Both the position numbers and the translations under genes were made by a program. Positions 52,349 through 58,128 of a DNA stretch of 58,128 nt are shown one piece after another (position 1 is the first letter of the stretch; every line of letters begins with the position of its first letter). The notes under the pieces were generated by a model, which worked only from the letters and a program-made list of their open reading frames with translations, searched no databases and was not told where the DNA came from. The stretch lies in the NCBI GenBank assembly GCA_947498315.1, contig CANMLD010000004.1, positions 1 through 58,128 of the forward strand, given 5' to 3'. The DNA comes from Pseudomonadota bacterium. GTDB taxonomy: Bacteria > Myxococcota_A > UBA9042 > GCA-2863065.

Positions 52349-55315
52349 GTGGGGATCTTCAACCGCTATCGAAAGGTGGGGCTGCTCGGCCAGGGCGGCA
52401 TGGGCCAAGTCTACCTCGCCTTCGATCCCATCCTCGAGCGTTATGTGGCCATCAAGCAGATCGGCCAGGCCATCCTCGATCACGCTGAGAACGTGACGCT
52501 ACTCGGCTACTTCGAGCGCGAGGCCAAGGTCGTCGCGGCCCTGCAGCATCAGAACATCATTCAAGTCTTCGAGTTCGGGCAGCCATCTGGCGAGCCGGCA
52601 TACATCGTGACGGAGTTCGTCGACGGCATCACCTTCGAGGAGCTCATCGAGTCGCGGCCACTCCTCTCGCCAGCCGCTGTGCTCGGCCTGCTCCTTCCAG
52701 TCGCTGAAGCGCTCGAGTACGCGCACGCCCGGGAGATCGTCCATCGAGACCTGAAGCCCGGAAACGTCATGATCTCAAGGCACGGCCGGGTCTATCTGAT
52801 GGACTTCGGCCTCGCAAAGCCTATTGGAAGCTCAGGCCTCAAGTCGATGATCATCGGCTCGCCTGCGTTCATGGCACCCGAGCAGATCGAGGGCAAAGAT
52901 ACCGACCGACGCACGGACGTCTTCGCGTTCGGCCTCCTCGCCTTCGCGCTCGCCACGGGCGACCTGTTCTTCTCTGCAGAAGCGCCCCGAGCCTTCATCG
53001 AGATCCTCACCGAAGAGTATCCGAAGCCGAGTCACTTCGAACGATTGGGTTCGCCGGAGCTCGTCGAGCTCCTACGCGGTACCGTTCAACGCGATCCGAT
53101 GCGTCGCTTCGACGGAATGCAGCCGATCATCGACCTCATCGAGCGGTCCCTCCCAGCGCTCGGCGTCTACTCTAGCGCCCGCGAAGTCCGAAGGATGGCG
53201 GAGAGCTGGGCGCCTCTCATGCCCCAGCAATACACCCTCGGTGCCACCGGATCGGCGATCCGAGACACGTCGCCCGTCGAGCGTTTCACCCTTGGCCCCG
53301 ATGTCGTCGCGTCGGATCGCTTCGAGGACGAGCCTGAAGCCGACTCCGAGCCGATCCGCGGTGAGTTCCTCCCCCCGGGCCATCGTGCTTTCGTGGCCTC
53401 TGAAGCCGAGACGGTCGTGGAGTTCCTCTTGCCGCAGGCGTCCGCGGACGCGTTCCGCCCCGAAGCCGACCTGTCGCCCCCCGTCGGGCGAGTGCCCATC
53501 GCTCATGTCCTGACTCGTCCCGACGCGTGGTCCGAACATTCCGACGCGGCACCAGCGACGTTTCATGCCGCGAGCACGGTCGTCGTGCGCGCGGATGGGT
53601 ACGGCAGCGAAGACACGCCGACCGAACCTCGTATCGACATGCGGACGGCGCGTCCGGTGCCTGCAACGCCGGTAAGGGCACCGCCGCAGGGAGGCGTGCT
53701 GAAGTCGATTGAGCCGCCGGAAGCCGCACCCCGCCTCGACCGCACCCGTCGCCGACTCTTTGTCCCGACCTTTCCAACGACGGTGGGAGGCCGGGCGTCC
53801 GTCGTCGAGATTCCTGCTGCCATTGACGATGCCGATCCCCGTCTCACAGCGCTTGCACGCTCAGGGACCCCGACCCTCAGCAAACGCCTTCTCTGGCTGG
53901 TCGCGTCACTGGGTGGTGAGGCGTCGTTTGCCGCGCTCCGCCCGCTGTTAGCCCTCATCGACGGGACCGACGCCCGTGAAGTGGGTTCTGCGCTAGCCAG
54001 CCTTGTGGACGTTGGCTTCGTCGAGCAACGCGGCGACGACGCCATCGGGATCCGAAGTACCGTCACCGTCACGGACATTCTGGGTCGCATCGGGCGAGAT
54101 CCCGCCCTGCCTCGCGTCCGCGGAGCCATCCTCACCCACTTCTTGAATGAGGCGCGCGACGCCCAACTTCGGTGCGACTCCGAAGAAGTCGAAGCTTGGC
54201 TGGCGCGAGCTGCCACTGTCGTTCGCGTCGACCCCGACGTCCCCCCTGGCCTCGTCGCGGACGTCCTCCTTCAACTCGCCGCCGCCGAGCTCACCACTGG
54301 CCGTCGCGAGTCCGCGCGCGGGCTGCTCGACGACGTCTTCGGATTGAGAGGCATGAACGCCGCTGGCGTTGTCCGTCTGCGCATCGGGTTTGCCTACCTC
54401 TACGACGCTGAAGGTCGACTCGAGCGGGCTTTCGATGCTCTCTCCGATGGCGCTGCGGCGGCGCTCGAGGCAGGCGAGGATGGGCTCTGGGCCACTGTGG
54501 CGCTGCATCAGGGTGAGTTACATATCCGTGAAGGTGAGCTTCGGCGCGCCAGCGCAAGGTTAGAATCCGTCCGCGACCCACTCCCTACCGGGCCACTGAA
54601 GTTGCGGTATGCCCTCGCGCTGTCCGAAGTCGTCTGCTGGCTCGACGGCCCGAAGGTCGCTGCTCATCTTCTGGACAGCGCCATCAGCGCCCTCGACGGC
54701 GATGACATCGGCCTCGAGACGCGCGCGCTCGTCGGTCTCGGCGTCTTGCTCACTCGCGCAGGGCAGTTCTCTGCGGCCGAGTCCCGACTCGAACAGGCCC
54801 GAAGTACCGCTCGGGCGCTGGGCCTACGCGCCGTCGAGGTTGACACGCTTGTTGCACTCGCCGACCTGACCCGCACCGAAGGTCAGCCTGACGACGCAGT
54901 GCGCCATGCGAGGCGAGCGCTCGCTCTCGCGACCACCCTTCGGGATTCCCGGCGCCACGGGCTCGCCGCCATCGCACTGTCGCGAGGACTGCTCGACGCC
55001 GGTGAGCCCGACGCCGCAAGGCAATCGGCAGAAGCGGCGCTCACCCTGCTGTCGCCATGGCGTTTCGACCGTTATCCAGCCGAACTGGCAATGGTCGGGG
55101 TCTTGCTCGCCGACGGCGCACAACGCGAAGCGACGAGCCGCATCGAACGTCTCGACGACGACGTGACCATGCGCGGCATGAAGTGGCCCATCGTTCGAGA
55201 GCTCAGGCGCGCGCTCAGCAGTTCGACTCGCCGCCTTCCCAGCTCGGATGACGTCTCCGATTGCGACGTGCGAGAGCTTCATAGGCTGGTAGGCGGTGCG
55301 CCTGCGCCGCGCTAA
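52349..55315 (+). CDS. Eukaryote-like Ser/Thr protein kinase with ~700-aa C-terminal helical/TPR-like regulatory region
   Basis: LLGQGGMGQVYLAFD (G-loop), VAIKQI, HRDLKPGN, DFGLAK, FMAPEQ. GTG 52349 is preferred (GTG 52229 is possible). The listed 5' extension to 51809 overlaps the convergent DUF2911 gene. Confidence 0.85.
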   Translation: MGIFNRYRKVGLLGQGGMGQVYLAFDPILERYVAIKQIGQAILDHAENVTLLGYFEREAKVVAALQHQNIIQVFEFGQPSGEPAYIVTEFVDGITFEELIESRPLLSPAAVLGLLLPVAEALEYAHAREIVHRDLKPGNVMISRHGRVYLMDFGLAKPIGSSGLKSMIIGSPAFMAPEQIEGKDTDRRTDVFAFGLLAFALATGDLFFSAEAPRAFIEILTEEYPKPSHFERLGSPELVELLRGTVQRDPMRRFDGMQPIIDLIERSLPALGVYSSAREVRRMAESWAPLMPQQYTLGATGSAIRDTSPVERFTLGPDVVASDRFEDEPEADSEPIRGEFLPPGHRAFVASEAETVVEFLLPQASADAFRPEADLSPPVGRVPIAHVLTRPDAWSEHSDAAPATFHAASTVVVRADGYGSEDTPTEPRIDMRTARPVPATPVRAPPQGGVLKSIEPPEAAPRLDRTRRRLFVPTFPTTVGGRASVVEIPAAIDDADPRLTALARSGTPTLSKRLLWLVASLGGEASFAALRPLLALIDGTDAREVGSALASLVDVGFVEQRGDDAIGIRSTVTVTDILGRIGRDPALPRVRGAILTHFLNEARDAQLRCDSEEVEAWLARAATVVRVDPDVPPGLVADVLLQLAAAELTTGRRESARGLLDDVFGLRGMNAAGVVRLRIGFAYLYDAEGRLERAFDALSDGAAAALEAGEDGLWATVALHQGELHIREGELRRASARLESVRDPLPTGPLKLRYALALSEVVCWLDGPKVAAHLLDSAISALDGDDIGLETRALVGLGVLLTRAGQFSAAESRLEQARSTARALGLRAVEVDTLVALADLTRTEGQPDDAVRHARRALALATTLRDSRRHGLAAIALSRGLLDAGEPDAARQSAEAALTLLSPWRFDRYPAELAMVGVLLADGAQREATSRIERLDDDVTMRGMKWPIVRELRRALSSSTRRLPSSDDVSDCDVRELHRLVGGAPAPR

Positions 55316-55359
55316 CTTGCCTGCGCGATAAAGAAACTGGCAGATCAGGTGATGGACCG

Positions 55360-56400
55360 ATGAACGCCCACGAACTGAAGCCACCTTTCCCCTACTCCCC
55401 CTTCCCGGACGGCTGGTACGTCGCGGAGTTTTCAAACGCGCTGGGGCGAGGAGAGGTGAAGCGGCTGACTGCCCACGGTCGCAACTGACTGCTCTGGCAC
55501 ACGGACTCTGGCATCGCGTACATGTCCGACGCCTACTGCCCTCACATGGGCGCGCACCTCGGCCACGGCGGCAAAGTGCGTGGGGAGGCTATCGAGTGCC
55601 CCTTTCACCTCTTTTGCTTCGACGGTGCGGGGTCCTGCGTCTCCACGCCCTACGGCACCAAAGTGCCGCCGAAAGCCAAGCTGCCGATGGTGCCCCTCGA
55701 AGAGAAGAACGGGCTGCTGCTCGCTTGGTTCCACTCCGAAGGCCGGGCACCCGATTGGCATGCACCTGCTCTCGAAACCACCGGCTGGCTGCCACTCACG
55801 ACCGAGGAGTGGGTCATCAATACCCACCCTCAGGAGACCACCGAGAACAGCGTCGACCTCGGGCATCTGCCGGCGGTGCACGGCTATCGCGACGTCGAGA
55901 TATTGACGCCAGTCGCGGTGGATGGGCCGCTCCTGACCACGCGGTACGCCGTGTGGCGCAAGGGGCTGGCTCATTTCACCACGGACTTCCGAATGGAGTT
56001 CAACATCTCCGTCTGGGGCCTTGGCTACAGCTTCGTCGAAGTCGAGGTGCCCGCCTTCCGGCTCAAGTCCCGCAACTTCGTGCTCGTTAGCCCCATCGAC
56101 GGACAGCGCTCGTACTTTCGCAGCGCCATGACCGTCTCGGATGAGTCCGATCCGAAGGGGCTGTCACCCCTGCTCGGGCTGCTCCCAAAGGCGCTGTCGC
56201 TTCGTCTCGTCCGGGCAGCGGCGTTCCACGGCTACGTGGCTGACATCAAAAAGGATCTCGCTATCTGGCAGACCAAGCGCTACGTCGAGCCACCCGCGCG
56301 CGCCGTCGGTGACGGGCCCATCGGGGTATTCCGGCGCTATTGCCGCCAATTCTACTCGGAGCTACATCCCGCCGCACATCTCGTCGCACAGGCAGGTTGA
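55360..56400 (+). pseudogene. Rieske [2Fe-2S] non-heme-iron oxygenase (KshA/Neverland-like) interrupted by an in-frame TGA at 55486..55488
   Basis: ATG 55360 (AGGTGA upstream) reads MNAHELKPPFPYSPFPDGWYVAEFSNALGRGEVKRLTAHGRN*LLWHTDSGIAYMSDAYCPHMGAHLGHGGKVRGEAIECPFHLFCF. This contains the CxH...CxxH Rieske motif. Downstream lies ENSVDLGHLPAVH (DxxHxxxxH iron site). The listed ORF 55522..56400 would lack the first Rieske strands. Confidence 0.55.
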
Positions 56401-56434
56401 CGTCACGAGCCGCTCGTCCGCCACACGAGGGGGG

Positions 56435-57280
56435 TCAGCGACCGCGAGCTCGCTTCCAGACCTCGGGCAGGCCGATGCGAGTGAACGCGTCGTAGCCGTA
56501 GGTCGGGTACGCCGCCTCGATGTCCGCCTCGAGCGCTGCGAGCACCGCGGGCGAGGGATCCTCCGAAGGCTTCTCAGCGCGGACGCGCTCCCAAACGGCC
56601 AGCAGGTATGCGCGCTGCGCCGCGATGAGCTCCGGACCGCCAGACGGACCGCGCCCGACGAAGACGCGCGACGGTTTGAGCTGCGCCACGGCATCGAGGG
56701 TCTCCATCCACTCCGGCAACAGTCCGAGCTCAATCCACGCGTGGGCGCCGCTCGAGACGAGGTCACCAACGAACACGGCGCCGTCCACCTCCACCACCAC
56801 GTGCGCGCGACTACAGCCCACTCCGAAGACGTGGAACTTGAGCGTCAGTCCACCCGCGTCCACGGTCTGCGTGACGTTGCCAAAACGCTCGATCTCAGGC
56901 GCGTCCGAGGGGTAGTCCGGGCTGTACTTTTCGAAGAACCACGTCTTCCGCAGCGCGTGCACTGCCGGGATCTCGGCTGCAACCTGCTCCGATGTGATGA
57001 CGCGCACTCCCCGAGCTCGGAGCGCCGCAGCCCCATTGAACTTGTCGGGGTTCGGGTGCAGTACGACGGCTAACACCACCTTCTTCCCCGTGACCCGCTC
57101 GGCCTTCTCCAATGCAAGGATACCGACATCGGGCAGGAACTGCGTGTCGATGAGGATGAGGCCTTCAGGCCCCTCGATCCAGTGGCTGTTCGTCTCGAAA
57201 AAGAAGGGCCGTGACGTGAACGTCCCGACAGGCACCTCGGCCGTCGACATCACAGCCAGGACACTCAACGCTGCCAGCAT
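56435..57280 (-). CDS. Secreted metallo-beta-lactamase-fold protein with a degenerate metal motif
   Basis: Signal peptide MLAALSVLAVMSTAEV from ATG 57280 (GAGGG upstream). GLILIDTQF...VVLHPNPDKFNG (HxNxDK in place of HxHxDH)...HVFGVGCS...FVGDLV...GAHAW. The longer listed ORF would overlap the tRNA. Confidence 0.7.
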   Translation of the reverse strand: MLAALSVLAVMSTAEVPVGTFTSRPFFFETNSHWIEGPEGLILIDTQFLPDVGILALEKAERVTGKKVVLAVVLHPNPDKFNGAAALRARGVRVITSEQVAAEIPAVHALRKTWFFEKYSPDYPSDAPEIERFGNVTQTVDAGGLTLKFHVFGVGCSRAHVVVEVDGAVFVGDLVSSGAHAWIELGLLPEWMETLDAVAQLKPSRVFVGRGPSGGPELIAAQRAYLLAVWERVRAEKPSEDPSPAVLAALEADIEAAYPTYGYDAFTRIGLPEVWKRARGR

Positions 57281-57294
57281 CACGCCCTCACTTC

Positions 57295-57380
57295 TGGTGC
57301 CGGGAGCGGGACTTGAACCCGCACGCCTTTGGGGCAAGGGATTTTAAGTCCCCCACGTCTACCGATTCCATCATCCCGGC
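57295..57380 (-). tRNA. tRNA-Leu (anticodon UAA), type II with long variable arm, CCA encoded
   Basis: Minus strand: GCCGGGA-TG-ATGGAATCGGTAGACGT-GGGGA-CTTAAAA-TCCCT-TGCCCCAAAGGCGT-GCGGG-TTCAAGT-CCCGC-TCCCGGC-ACCA. Acceptor 7 bp, anticodon stem 5 bp, T-arm GCGGG/CCCGC with a TTCAAGT loop. Confidence 0.9.
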
Positions 57381-57982
57381 TTAGTTGATTTCATTGATGT
57401 TTTCGAGCTTGCTCTTCGTCCATCCTCTCCGTGTGTCCTATTCTAGTCTAATTCTTCTCGGCGCTGACCGGCGGCTGTCGGCGGCAACCGGCGCCAACCG
57501 GCGGTCTGGCCGAACACTCAATGCCAGCTCCTCCCGATCCTCAGGACGGGAAAGTGTCGGCCACTCGACCCGGGCCCGACGCGGTTCACCCACGACGAGA
57601 ACGGAATCTTGCCCCACGAGGAGCGCTGCGATCTCGGTCAGTTCGACCGCAACCGACGCGACCTCGACCTCGCGCTCAGGCGGCGAGGGGATCTTTATGC
57701 TCAGAGGCAGCGCTCGCGTCAAGGCCAGCGCCGTCCGTCGGAACGCCCACATCGGGCGCCGAGAACACCGAGGGTCAGCCAACGTGCTGAAGGCCGGTGG
57801 GGTCGCTTTGGGCGAGCTCAGGACGAGGGGAGCCTTCGGCCGGCCACGCCCGGCGGTGGCAAAGCTGCTGGTCCCAAACGCGACCAGCCGAACCTCGATG
57901 GCCGCTAGGGCAGGGAGCTCAGCCCGAAGCCGACCAGGGCCTGGCATTGGGCCGGCTTGGGCGTCCCGCAGTGAGCCCTGGG

Positions 57983-58128
57983 TCATGTGATGGCGCTAAC
58001 GAGTGACTGCCGGACGCGCTCGGCGGCGTTCTTTAGGTCCGTCTCGTCCACGCGTTGATAGCGTCGCAGCATGTGCGTCGTTTTGTGTCCGGTGATCCGC
58101 ATTATCGGACGCATGCGGGCCTCATCTG
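57983..58128 (-). CDS. Tyrosine recombinase/phage-type integrase, C-terminal 48 codons only (gene continues beyond the window)
   Basis: Minus-strand frame reads ...DEARMRPIMRITGHKTTHMLRRYQRVDETDLKNAAERVRQSLVSAIT* (TGA 57983..57985). GH(K/S)xxxMLxRY contains the catalytic Tyr box of the integrase family. Confidence 0.75.
   Translation of the reverse strand, partial: DEARMRPIMRITGHKTTHMLRRYQRVDETDLKNAAERVRQSLVSAIT

Noticed and set aside
55486-55488. Selenocysteine as the reading of the in-frame TGA in the Rieske gene.
   Set aside because: The aligned position in related oxygenases is a buried hydrophobic residue, not a redox Cys. I saw no obvious SECIS-like hairpin immediately downstream by eye. 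It is kept only as a low-probability alternative in the finding.
57295-57380. bldA-like regulation through a rare UUA-decoding tRNA-Leu in a high-GC genome.
   Set aside because: TTA codons are not especially rare here. In-frame TTA occurs in ordinary genes of this window: 6375 and 6435 in the kinase-like gene, and 53948, 54518 and 54560 in the Ser/Thr kinase. There is therefore no evidence for selective TTA-dependent control.
57438-57986. 182-aa minus-strand ORF whose ATG overlaps the integrase stop (ATGA); also the opposite 201-aa ORF 57385..57990.
   Set aside because: Neither translation shows a recognisable fold or motif. Third-position G/C bias is weak and both are Arg/Ser/Pro-rich. The ATGA overlap is suggestive, but it is insufficient to call a gene without homology evidence.

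Overview
58,128-bp high-GC bacterial chromosomal segment. G/C is strongly preferred at codon position 3, so long shadow ORFs on the opposite strand are common and were discounted. Gene content points to Myxococcota; this is an inference from a MYXO-CTERM-type C-terminal sorting tail (13986..15689), a MopE/thrombospondin-type Cys-rich lipoprotein, a eukaryote-like Ser/Thr kinase and many lipoproteins. Supported content, left to right: (1) the last 6 kb of a giant Ig-like/FG-GAP surface protein. (2) A compact four-gene RiPP-like cassette: an unlisted 53-codon peptide ORF, an HprK-like P-loop kinase, a radical SAM/SPASM enzyme and an ER-type S24/S26 peptidase. (3) Envelope genes: cpoB, a LysM protein, a transglutaminase-like lipoprotein and two secreted hypotheticals. 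(4) A GT-C-like membrane protein and a SAM methyltransferase, then holA, a decayed gene, ybaK, rimO, a hybrid histidine kinase and clpS-clpA. (5) The rpsP-KH-rimM-trmD-SPOUT-rplS-rnhB translation cluster, followed by a Cys-rich lipoprotein. (6) A five-gene polysaccharide operon, mostly translationally coupled: deacetylase, GT4-phosphoglycosyltransferase fusion, Wzy_C/TPR protein, rfbF, sugar dehydratase. (7) A PIG-L / small-TM / Na+:solute symporter operon and a contiguous bshC-bshB1-bshA bacillithiol operon. (8) A DUF2911 protein, a Ser/Thr kinase, a Rieske oxygenase interrupted by an in-frame TGA, an MBL-fold protein, tRNA-Leu(UAA) and the 3' end of a tyrosine recombinase at the right edge. 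A 233-bp MITE-like element with 15-bp terminal inverted repeats occurs twice (19063..19295 and 33433..33665). I saw no CRISPR array, rRNA, prophage structural genes or recognisable canonical defence system. The best candidate for an undescribed system is the peptide/kinase/rSAM-SPASM/peptidase cassette at 6136..8928. All product calls rest on motif recognition by eye; no database search was run.
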